A DNA stretch of 64,000 bases from Candidatus Pacearchaeota archaeon. GTDB taxonomy: Archaea > Nanobdellota > Nanobdellia > Pacearchaeales > GW2011-AR1. The stretch lies in assembly GCA_023136775.1 (NCBI GenBank), contig JAGLQO010000005.1:8198-72197 (forward strand), read 5' to 3'. The translations under genes were made by a program, and so were the position numbers. Below, piece after piece: positions 29,298 to 38,900 of this stretch; position 1 is the first letter of the stretch, and every line of letters begins with the position of its first letter. The notes below the pieces were generated by a model. It saw only the letters and a list, made by a program, of their open reading frames with translations. It did not search any database and had not been told where the DNA came from.

Positions 29298-29708
29298 ATG
29301 ATAACTGGCGCTATGATTACAGAGATGCTTTCTGTCCAACCTAAATATTCCATTGCAATGTTTTCCGTTTTAGTGACGCTAGTCTCAACTATGGTTCAAA
29401 AATGGCTAACGAATCAAGAACATTTGAAGACACTAAAAGCTAGGCAAAAAGAACTTCAAAAAGAAATCAAAAAGACAAAAGACCCAACACTTTTACAAGG
29501 AATTAACAAAGAAATGATGGACATTACAATGGTTATGTTTAAGTCTTCAATGAAACCAATGTTTGTTACAATAATTCCATTCCTACTTTTGTTTAGTCGG
29601 CTTAAAGGCGTATATGTTCCAGTTCTTGGAAGTTCCTGGATTTGGTATTACTTAGGGTATTCTATAGTAGCCTCAATGATAATCAGAAAAGTATTCAAAG
29701 TCGCATAG
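29298..29708 (+). CDS. EMC3/TMCO1 (DUF106, Oxa1 superfamily) membrane insertase-like protein
   Basis: TM1, coiled coil, MKPMFVT.IP, WIWYY..S...S..IRK; position after secY. Confidence 0.92.
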   Translation: MITGAMITEMLSVQPKYSIAMFSVLVTLVSTMVQKWLTNQEHLKTLKARQKELQKEIKKTKDPTLLQGINKEMMDITMVMFKSSMKPMFVTIIPFLLLFSRLKGVYVPVLGSSWIWYYLGYSIVASMIIRKVFKVA

Positions 29709-29807
29709 ACCCCTTTTTTAAAAAAAGCCTCTTGGAGAAAAATCAAATTGGTTTATTTTATTTTTCAATTCGCTAATAACAAATTGAAAATAAAATAAAC
29801 GATATAA

Positions 29808-30033
29808 GGCGAAATTAAATTTCTTTACGCGCCTGTCCAGAGGACAACCTGTCGCTAAAATTTGATTTCGCATACTTGGCTGCTCAATTGCGAAATTAAA
29901 TTTCGATCGGGGTCACCAGAGCCATGCCCGTTGAGGCCCGTAACTTGGAAACTAATCGCTCAATTCTTTCACTTCAACAATCAAACTCCATGAGAAATGC
30001 AGCGTCGAAGATGCTGCAATTTTTTATGGAAGA
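29808..30033. repeat. Family-A accessory modules
   Basis: 29808-29883 resembles the reverse complement of 5143-5224; 29987-30033 TCCATGAGAAATGCAGCGTC-GAAGATGCTGC..TATGGAAGAA nearly matches 62788-62837. Confidence 0.8.
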
Positions 30034-30072
30034 AATTAAACAAGGCAAAAAACAACCCCCCCAACAAGTTAT

Positions 30073-30172
30073 TGTCTTGAATCCGTGAATGGGCAAGCCC
30101 ATCCGTGCAAATCCGTGAGCTATTAAAATAACCAAAAACTCCCAAAGCAAAAAATCCGTGTAATCCGCGAGC
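30073..30172 (+). repeat. Family-B (ATCCGTG) repeat
   Basis: GAATCCGTGA-ATGGGC-AA-GCCCAT-CCGTGCAAATCCGTGAGC, then ATCCGTGTAATCCGCGAGC. Confidence 0.9.
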
Positions 30173-30197
30173 AAAAAATTAGCCCAATTCCCAAACT

Positions 30198-31781
30198 TTA
30201 AATCGCAAACTTCTTCCCAGAATTAGTCATCTCATTACTCTTCCACTCCTTCCGAGAAGCCCTACCCTTAGCCCTCATAGCTTTTCGCAAAGTATAATTA
30301 ATCGGATTCTTCATCCCAGGCTCAGGCGGAGAAGTAATCCCAAACTCCTTGTAAATCGGCTTATCATAATTAGGCGGCAACCGCTTATTCTTCAAAGCCC
30401 ACATAATTTGCGCCCGAATATAACCCTCCTTAATCGGCTGATAATTTTTCTTATTCCATTCCCTAATCCTCTCCTCAATATAATCCTGCGGAAATTCCAA
30501 ACTAGTAAAAAAAGAAAGCAACAACCCAAGCGCCCTCTTTCGACCATCAGTCGGAATCCCTTTAAGCAACTTTTTAATAATCGGCGGAAACATATCGTCA
30601 GTAATCGCAAGACCCGCGACATCAATAGACCCACCCTCATATTTCCGAGGCATTTCCTTCGGAGCTTCTTCATAATATTTTTCAATAGAATGAAGCAAAA
30701 GATTCTCAGCCTCATTTGGCTCCACCTTAGGCATAAAATCCCGAACCTTAACAATTTTTATAGGTTCAGCATCACTAGGTTTAAAATTTTCAATCTCATC
30801 TTTACGAAGAGGAATCGAAGCGAACGCAGTTTTTTCATGAAGCGAATAAGGAGCTCTAAACAAATGACGAGAAGCCACCAAAACAAAATCAACAGAATCC
30901 TCTTGAGATTTGATAGTTTGCTCTTCTTTAAATTGCATTTTTGATTTTTTTATTTCCAAACCAACAGTCGAAATTTTACACTTTTTACAAAAATCAGTTT
31001 TTCTCTCACTCACCCTTTCCATCTTTGCATTACAGCTTGGACAAATCATAGTAGACTTCTTTTTTATCGGGCTTTCAATTTCTGTTTTGCATTTAATGTC
31101 TGGACATTTATATTTATAGAATATTTTTTCATCAATTGATTCTTGACATTTTGGACAAACTTTTTCTATTGTCAATTCTCCAACCTCAATTAATTTTTCA
31201 CGACTAGACATCCCCAAAATCTCAGAATTCATAGGATCTTTAATTTCATCAAACAAATATTTGGCAATATACCGAGCCCATTCAGGAAAATGATCTTTTG
31301 TTAATTTCCCCCTAACCTCAATTGGAAACGCCGCAAAAGGAACAATTAAATGAAATCCTTTTGACCCACTAAATTTTATTCCATAATTTTTAACCCCATG
31401 TTTCTCCAAAGTCTCAAGCAAAAGCCGAAGAGCAATTTTCCCATAATCAAGATAAGGCGAATCAATATCAATCAATAAATCCCACCCAGCCTTAATTTCA
31501 TTATATTGTGCAGGCGTCATATTCGTATCAATATCCATCGGATTCTTCCAAATCTCCTCACTGCAATGAAATGAAGTCGCACCAGTCCGAGCTATACTTA
31601 ACACATCGGAAGGATAATCAAACGTGTCAGGTCTCTTAGAAAAATACTTATTATTAAAATTAGCAACAGTTTCCCTGCCTTTACAAAACTCAAACATAGC
31701 AGCCTGAACATCTTTCCGAGCATAATGCGAAAGCGCCGCAATCTGCACTTTACTCATCGGCTCAGTCTGATAATTCCCCAT
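30198..31781 (-). CDS. Fused DNA primase (PriS with PriL-CTD/PriX-like domain) carrying a zinc-ribbon insert
   Basis: WDLLIDID, KFSGSKGFH, RHLFRAPYSLH; four CxxC-type pairs; C-terminal FPPII..DGRKR..KNPINY. Confidence 0.9.
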   Translation of the reverse strand: MGNYQTEPMSKVQIAALSHYARKDVQAAMFEFCKGRETVANFNNKYFSKRPDTFDYPSDVLSIARTGATSFHCSEEIWKNPMDIDTNMTPAQYNEIKAGWDLLIDIDSPYLDYGKIALRLLLETLEKHGVKNYGIKFSGSKGFHLIVPFAAFPIEVRGKLTKDHFPEWARYIAKYLFDEIKDPMNSEILGMSSREKLIEVGELTIEKVCPKCQESIDEKIFYKYKCPDIKCKTEIESPIKKKSTMICPSCNAKMERVSERKTDFCKKCKISTVGLEIKKSKMQFKEEQTIKSQEDSVDFVLVASRHLFRAPYSLHEKTAFASIPLRKDEIENFKPSDAEPIKIVKVRDFMPKVEPNEAENLLLHSIEKYYEEAPKEMPRKYEGGSIDVAGLAITDDMFPPIIKKLLKGIPTDGRKRALGLLLSFFTSLEFPQDYIEERIREWNKKNYQPIKEGYIRAQIMWALKNKRLPPNYDKPIYKEFGITSPPEPGMKNPINYTLRKAMRAKGRASRKEWKSNEMTNSGKKFAI

Positions 31782-31864
31782 ACAATTATATAGGGTTTTG
31801 TTTAATAAAGAGTTTGCGTTTTAACCATAATAATCCTTATAAATAGAATACGACTTTTCATTAT

Positions 31865-32587
31865 ATGATATTAAAGCTAGACGACCCAAAATTAATGAGC
31901 GACGCTATAGCTATCGTTTCTGAAATTGTTTCTGAAGTAAGAATAAAACTTTTACCTGACGGAATGAGCATCGTGGCAGTAGACCCAGCAAATGTTGCAC
32001 TAGTAATTTTCAAACTACCAAAAGAATCTTTCTCAGAATATGACGCAGGAAGTGAAGTTTGGGGAGTAAATCTAGACGATCTAAAAAAGATTTTAAAAAG
32101 AGCAGGAGCTTCAAGTAGCATTGTTCTAGAAGAATGCGAAGGGAAATTAAAAATAACAATTTTCGATAAAATCAAAAGAACATTTAATCTTTCACTAATC
32201 GAAGTTTCTTCCGAGGATAAAGACATCCCAGAATTAAACTTCGCAACCAGAATAGAAATGAACTCAGTTGATTTCGCCCAAGCAATCGAAGACACAAATG
32301 TAGTAGCAGACTCTTGCGCATTAATAAAAACAGGAGATGTTTTTTCGGTTGAAGGATCAGGAAATTTAAATTCAGCTAAAGCAGAATTTTCAGGAGAAGA
32401 CTTAGAAATGTTTGGAATCGGAAGATCAAAATATTCATTAGAATATATGATGAAATTTATCAAAGCATTAAAGATTTCTTCAAGAGTCGTAGTAAATTTC
32501 TCCGACGATTATCCACTAAGACTAGATTTTCCAGGCGAAAAAATGGGAATAGGTTTCGTTCTAGCTCCAAGAGTAGAAAACGATTAA
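31865..32587 (+). CDS. pcn: PCNA sliding clamp
   Basis: AVDPANVAL, SKYSLEY, DYPLRL, FVLAPRVE. Confidence 0.97.
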   Translation: MILKLDDPKLMSDAIAIVSEIVSEVRIKLLPDGMSIVAVDPANVALVIFKLPKESFSEYDAGSEVWGVNLDDLKKILKRAGASSSIVLEECEGKLKITIFDKIKRTFNLSLIEVSSEDKDIPELNFATRIEMNSVDFAQAIEDTNVVADSCALIKTGDVFSVEGSGNLNSAKAEFSGEDLEMFGIGRSKYSLEYMMKFIKALKISSRVVVNFSDDYPLRLDFPGEKMGIGFVLAPRVEND

Positions 32588-32648
32588 ATTAGTTTTGATT
32601 TTTCAATTACAACCATAATTTTAAATAAATTGAAAGATATATTATAAA

Positions 32649-33689
32649 ATGACAAGAGAATTAACAATAAAAGATGAAGTGACCGATTTTTTACTTTATA
32701 ATTCACCAGATGGGAAAATTAAAGTAGATGTATTTTTGCACAATGAAGATGTTTGGCTTAATCAGAAGAATATGTCTGAACTTTTTGGAGTGGGTATCCC
32801 CGCAATTTCCAAGCATTTAGAAAATATATATACAGAGCGAGAACTGAATAAGGATTCAACTATTTCCATTTTGGAAATAGTTCAAAGGGAGGGGTTGAGA
32901 GATGTAAGGAGAGAACAGTTATTCTATAATCTTGACGCTATAATCTCAGTGGGATATCGTGTCAATTCTTCAAAGGCAACTCAATTCAGGATATGGTCAA
33001 CCAAGATTTTAAAAGAATATATTATCAAAGGATTTGCTCTTGATGATGAGCGACTAAAAAACGGAAAATATTTCGGCAAAGATTATTTTAAAGAACTTCT
33101 TGAGAGAGTTAGGTCAATTAGGGCAAGCGAAAGAAGGATTTATCAACAGATTACTGATATTTTTGCAGAATGCAGTATTGACTACGATAAGGATTCAAAT
33201 ACAACAAAGGAGTTTTATTCTACAGTTCAGAATAAATTCCATTACGCAATATCGGGACAAACAGCAGCAGAAATAATTTACAACAAAGCGGATTCTAATA
33301 AAAGGAGTATGGGGCTAGTTGCCTAGAAGAATTCCCCGGAAGGCAAAGTATTAAAATCAGATACAATAGTCGCCAAAAATTATCTTTCTGAAAATAAAAT
33401 TAAAAGATTAGAAAGAGTAATTTTTAGCTTCTTTGACTATCTTGAAAATTTAATTGAGAATAGGACAACTATGAAAATGAAAGATCTATCAGAAAGTGTA
33501 AATAAATTTTTAGATTTTAATGAATATAAAATATTGGAAAATAAAGGAGAGATATCCTTTAATGATGCAAAAACAAAAGCCTTCATAGAATATGATTTAT
33601 TTAACAAGACTCAAAAGTTTACTTCTGATTTTGACAAGCTAATAAAAGAACAAAACTTAATTCAATCTTCACACTTAAGAAACGATTAG
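32649..33689 (+). pseudogene. RhuM-family protein interrupted by one in-frame TAG
   Basis: YNLDAIISVGYRVNS..ATQFRIW..GFALDDERLK..IRASERR. TAG at 33324-33326 falls in MGLVA*KNSPEGK, where the family has Trp; the frame stays open to 33689. Confidence 0.85.
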
Positions 33690-33832
33690 TCAAGTTTGTT
33701 CCAAACTTGTTAATATCTGGTTCGCCTCCAGCGAACACTTGTCCATTCAATCGCGAAAATTCTTTTCGCTTCAACATCCCATCACCCCATCGCCCAAACA
33801 ACTCCTCACTCCCAAAATCATTGCCCCCCCCC

Positions 33833-33921
33833 AATTCGTGAGAAGTCCTGAGTTAATCCGTGGATAAAATTGTTTTTCTTCCCCTGCTTTAAATCCACTG
33901 AATCCTTATAATCCGCGAGCA
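33833..33921 (+). repeat. Family-B repeat, degenerate
   Basis: AAGTCCTGAG..AATCCGTGG and AATCC..AATCC..AATCCGCGAGC. Confidence 0.7.
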
Positions 33922-34248
33922 AAATTGTTTCCAATCTTAGTTTCTCACCACCCCTTTCCCCGTCATAAAACTATGAACATTCATAATAATATACACAATA
34001 ATATATATCATCATATTCATACTATTTTACACTATAGAATAAATAATAAATTACATCTCTATATCCATAATAAACTTAATAATAAAACTAGCAATAATAT
34101 TAACAATAAATAACATTATAATATCAATAAGTAAATAACTACTAAATTTATTTCTATTCTAAATAATAATCTTAATAATAAAATACTAGTGCCTTATCAA
34201 AAGCAAATTAATAACAAACTTTATAAGTAAACTATTTCTATAATTCTT

Positions 34249-34434
34249 ATGAATGTCCATAATAAGAAGATAATTGACCTCATTAAAAAAGAAAGAATAG
34301 TAACATCGTCCGAAGTCGCAGGGCATCTAGGAGTCTCTTGGAACACCGCTGAAAAATATTTATTAGAACTAATTATAGACGGAAAAGTTGAAAGAATTAA
34401 AAAAGTGGGGGTAAACTTATGGCTTCTAAAGTAA
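34249..34434 (+). CDS. Small winged-helix DNA-binding protein
   Basis: TSSEVAGHLGVSWNTAEKYLLEL...GKVER; preceded by TTTATAA at about 34220. Confidence 0.82.
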   Translation: MNVHNKKIIDLIKKERIVTSSEVAGHLGVSWNTAEKYLLELIIDGKVERIKKVGVNLWLLK

Positions 34435-35111
34435 CAGTAATTCTAATCACTTTGGTTTACATTTTTGCATTCGCATTCTTAGTTAGAGCAGACCCAACGG
34501 GACCAGACAGTATAGTTCGTGGTACAAATGAAACTTGGTCAGGTTCTACTTCTGGAGAAATGGTAAACATATCAGGCGGATACATAGCAAAAATGAACAT
34601 TACATCAACTCAGCAAAATAGTCGTTGGAAAGCTTTCCTCGGAAACGTAGTAGGAAAATTCACACTTAACGACGGCTCAGGCGCAACAATTTACGATTGG
34701 TCTTCAGCTTCAGTTGCTGGTGAAGTCTTGGCATCAAGAAATTCCACATCAATTGATTGGTCCTCTATAGGTTGCGCATCTACTGCGAACATGGAAGCAG
34801 AAAATACAGCCCTAGGTCATTTCGGCTCAGACAATATCACAGCAACATTCAATAAAACTGGAGGAAATTATCAGATTGCTGGACAAGCAGCCAATAATTG
34901 CCCAGCAACAAACCCCTATGTAAATAATAATACTCAAGATACAGCTTTCCAAGAAATTGTTTTGAGCGTCGGAGGTGACATTGTTTATGCAGCAAATATT
35001 AACGCAACAGCAACAGGTTACGACGGGAACACTTACGATTTCCAAATGATAGTGCCAGAAGGAACAGCTGCAGGAAATACTCCATATTACCTTTACGTCG
35101 AACTCGACTAA
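34419..35111 (+). CDS. Secreted beta-rich protein with many N-glycosylation sequons
   Basis: Sec signal ending LVRA/DP; one Cys pair; no anchor; ends YYLYVELD. Confidence 0.75.
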   Translation: MASKVTVILITLVYIFAFAFLVRADPTGPDSIVRGTNETWSGSTSGEMVNISGGYIAKMNITSTQQNSRWKAFLGNVVGKFTLNDGSGATIYDWSSASVAGEVLASRNSTSIDWSSIGCASTANMEAENTALGHFGSDNITATFNKTGGNYQIAGQAANNCPATNPYVNNNTQDTAFQEIVLSVGGDIVYAANINATATGYDGNTYDFQMIVPEGTAAGNTPYYLYVELD

Positions 35112-35136
35112 CTATCACATATCATAATCGCGTGCG

Positions 35137-35167
35137 TCAGATTGAACAATCCCAACTGTTCAATCTG
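35137..35167 (+). terminator. Hairpin after the secreted protein gene
   Basis: CAGATTGAACA-N8-TGTTCAATCTG perfect 11-bp stem. Confidence 0.5.
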
Positions 35168-35217
35168 GCACCCCGATAAATAAATTATTTTATAAAGAAC
35201 AAATGCTAAAAATAATA

Positions 35218-35985
35218 ATGGAAAGAGGGGGAAAGAGAGGACAAGTAACTTTGTTTATAATTTTAGGAATAATATTAGTAGCTGGGATTATAGCAACATC
35301 AGTTCTTTTGTTAAATGTAGAACCAGAAACAAATACCCCAGAAATTCTAGGACCAAGAGCGTTTATAGATAAATGTGTAAGAGATGCAGTAGAAGTCTCA
35401 GTTGAAAAAATAATATTAGGAGGGGGAGAAATAGAACCAAGTTTAACTATAATGCATAATAGTACAAATTATACATATCTTTGTCATCAGCCAGATCTGT
35501 ATAAAACTTGCTACAATCTACATCCAACATTAGAAAGTGATATAGAGAAAGTGATAAAATCAGATACAAATAACGCAGTATCAGAGTGTTTTAATGCTAT
35601 GAGAGAAGATTTTGAAAATAGAGGGTATGATGTCATAGGTAATGACACATATTATTCAATAAGTATTCTATCAGGAGAAATAAAAATCAATTTAGAAAAA
35701 TCAATTACAATATCTAAAGATGATACATCTCAAAATTTTAATAGTTTTAATACAAAAATAATACATCCGTTACATGAAATACTTAGAACAGTTCATAGAA
35801 TTACAACATCAGAATCTCAACATTGCTATTTTGACGCAACAGGGCACATGTTGCTATATCCACAAGAAAAAATTAGAATAATAAATTATCAAAGCAGCAA
35901 GCTTTATAGAATAATAAATCGTAAAACTAATATAGAATTTAAATTTGCAGTAAGAGGATGTGTTCGTCCAGCAGGATTAATTTAA
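35218..35985 (+). CDS. Class III signal peptide (type IV pilin-like) protein A1
   Basis: MERGGKRG/QVTLFIILGIILVAGII; paralog of 39780-40523; TTTATAAAG at about 35189 favours a leaderless start at 35218. Confidence 0.8.
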   Translation: MERGGKRGQVTLFIILGIILVAGIIATSVLLLNVEPETNTPEILGPRAFIDKCVRDAVEVSVEKIILGGGEIEPSLTIMHNSTNYTYLCHQPDLYKTCYNLHPTLESDIEKVIKSDTNNAVSECFNAMREDFENRGYDVIGNDTYYSISILSGEIKINLEKSITISKDDTSQNFNSFNTKIIHPLHEILRTVHRITTSESQHCYFDATGHMLLYPQEKIRIINYQSSKLYRIINRKTNIEFKFAVRGCVRPAGLI

Positions 35986-38900
35986 TGGGAGAAAATAAAA
36001 ATAAAAAAATAATAGCAAGTTTTGAATTAACATTAATAATAATGTCAATGTTCGCATTTTCATATATGATTTCAGATTACAATGAATTGTCGATAATTAC
36101 TCCAAAAGAAATATCATTATTAGAAAAAATAAAAATTATTAGCCATATAGGATTAAACAAATTAAAATCACCAATTATTCCAGTTGTATCTGCGCTAGAA
36201 CAAGACGGATGTTGCGAATTGACAATAAAAGGAGAAGAATGTAAGTCATCAGTAGTTGCATCAGACTGCACAGTTCCAATAATAGAGGGAAGGGTATGTA
36301 GTGACGATGATGTTCAAGTTTGTGTAAGAGGTTGTTGTTATGAGGAATCTACAGGAAGATACATCCCAGATAGCCTTCAATCAAGTTGTGTTGATTGGAT
36401 TCCAAATCCTAGTTGTAGTATTCCAGAAGCTAGACTTGGATGCTGTGTAACGGGAGAAAGTGTAATTCCTGATATTACCGAAGCAGCGTGTCAAATAGAA
36501 TCAGAAAATAGAGGATATGATTCAGTAGATTGGAACTTAGGAATGGACGCAGCAAGTTGTACATGGATTGCAGGAGCAACAGATAAGGGAGCATGCGTTT
36601 TTCCTAGTGGAATTTGTTCTTTTGGGGCTAGATCTGAATGTTCGCCAGAAAATGAATTCCGAAAAGATTATTTGTGCACAGCTCCAATTTTAGAAACATC
36701 TTGTAAAATGACAGGCGAAACAACTTGTGTTGAAGGTAGGGATGAAGTGTATTTTATAGATGATTGTGGAAATTTGGCAAACGTATATGATTCTAGTAAA
36801 ATAGATGATGTTGCTTATTGGACTACTGTTCAAGACCCTACTTGCGGAGTAAATTCTCAAGATGGCAATGCGAATTCCAAAGATTGTGGAAATTGTAATT
36901 TAAATACAGGTGGAAGCTGTGCGTCTGCTTTGCAAGATGATTTTAAAGCAGATTCTGGAGATAATTACTGTAGGTCAACAGGATGTTATTTTGATGTTAC
37001 GGGTGAAGGAGAAGAATTTTTAATGACTGGAGAATCTTGGTGTATGTATGACGGAAAAATAGGAGATGGTAAAGATATTCCAGGTTCGTCACATTGGAGA
37101 TATGAATGTGATCAAGGAGAAATAATTTCAATCAGATGCGGGGATCAATATAGAAATAGTATATGCATAGGAGGTTCAGAGGCAGAAATAGATGGAGTTA
37201 ATACTGGCTTTAGAGTTGCTACATGTGCTCCAAATAATTGGGTACAATGTCTAAATGTTAATACCGAAGAAAATATGGAAAATGGAATTGTAGAAGAAGA
37301 ATGTAATAAACTCTTGAATTGTAGAACAGAAAAATTATCTATAAGTGAAAAATATTTTGAATTTGATATATGTGTTCCAGAATATCCAGCAGGGTTTAAT
37401 ACAAAAACACAAATCCAAGAAGTTAATAAAAATTTATGTGGAATAGCAAGTATGACATGTGTAATTCCAAGAGATCCAGAATTCTGGGATGGGTGTGGAT
37501 GGTCAAAAGATGAAGATGATATTAAAATTAATAAAGGATGTACATCTGAAGAATTTACCAAACAAATGAATGATTTCTGCATAGGACTTGGGGACTGTGG
37601 AGCTAACGTAAATATTGTAGGGGTTCGTTCTGATAGCTATGATGTAAGATATACACTTTCTGATATGTCTGATGGAGTAATATCGAGAAGTAAATTGAAA
37701 TCCAATACTGAAAAATTATCTACAAATTATCTACAAAATATTATGTCTATGAACATTCCAACTATACCGCATCAAATAGCAAAAGATGAAGATTATACAA
37801 AAATGTTAGAATCTCTAGGGATGATTGAAATACAAACGGAAGGTATCCCAGATGAGAGACAGGGTGACGACTTTTATGATTTTTCAATGTGGGGTTCAGC
37901 AGGAATAGCAACGGCTATTTATGGTGGAGTAGCATTATTTGGACTAGAAGCTGGCGTATCATTTTCAGCAACTAAAATATTATCTGGATTAGGGCAGTTA
38001 ACAGGAGGTGCGGCATGGCTAGGTCCAGTAATGGGAGCTTTCGCAGGAGTAGCTGCAGGACTATATGTTTCAGAAGCATTAGGAGCTTCAGGTGTTTCAA
38101 CAGTTATAATAACAGGAGGGCTAGCAGCTGCAGGAGCATTAGCAGGAGTAGCAATGACGTCTCTTGCATTTCCAGGGATAGGTTGGGCAATTGCAGGATC
38201 AATAGCATTAGCAGCATTAGGAGCTTCTATAGCAAAATTTATTGAAGACGATTGCGAACCAATAGAAGTTAAATTTGAATGTAAGCCATGGAGACAGCCA
38301 CAAGGAGGAGAAAATTGTGATCAATGCAATAATGACCCATTAAGACCCTGTAATAAATATCGTTGTCATAGTCTGGGGGCAGCATGTGAATTAGAAAATG
38401 TAGGAACAGTTGATGAAAGTTGTATAGCATCTCCAGATGATGGAGCTCCATTATTTATAACGACAGGAGCAACTTCAGACAATGCTATATATTCAGATTT
38501 TGATGATACTCTTGGGAGTAGTTGGGCATCTGCATCAATACCTTCAGGCGGATGTTTTAATGCTTACGAAACAATAGTTTTGGGAATAAATATAAGTAAA
38601 ATAGCATATTGTAGATATGCTACAACAGAAAGTGATTTTGAAGATATGGAAGATTTCGGATCAAATACATATCTAAAACAACAATATCTAACTTTGCATG
38701 TACCAGATCCAAGTAGAGGAATAAGCCAAGGAATAGATTGGTCAGAAGATATAGATTTATTTATTAAATGTGAAGGAGCATATGAAAACATTGAAAACAT
38801 TGGATTTTATAAAATAGATTTATGCATAAATCAAGGTGAAGACATAGGAGCACCTATAATAGAAGCGAAATCTCCTGAAGATGATTCGTTAGTAGGATTT

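Noticed and set aside
30392..30944. 120-aa and 178-aa ORFs within the primase gene
   Set aside because: By-products of strand-skewed codon usage.
31861..32463. 200-aa ORF antisense to PCNA
   Set aside because: Mirror frame of a conserved gene.
33324..33326. TAG as pyrrolysine or a recoded stop
   Set aside because: It occupies a Trp position one substitution from TGG, and TAG ends normal genes in this window.
32575..33700. Similar ends of pcn (GAAAACGATTA) and rhuM (GAAACGATTA) as a target-site duplication
   Set aside because: The match is about 10 bp in AT-rich DNA, too short to support.
33619..34113. Short ORFs 33619-33834 and 33925-34113
   Set aside because: They lie in repeat or low-complexity DNA and give implausible proteins.
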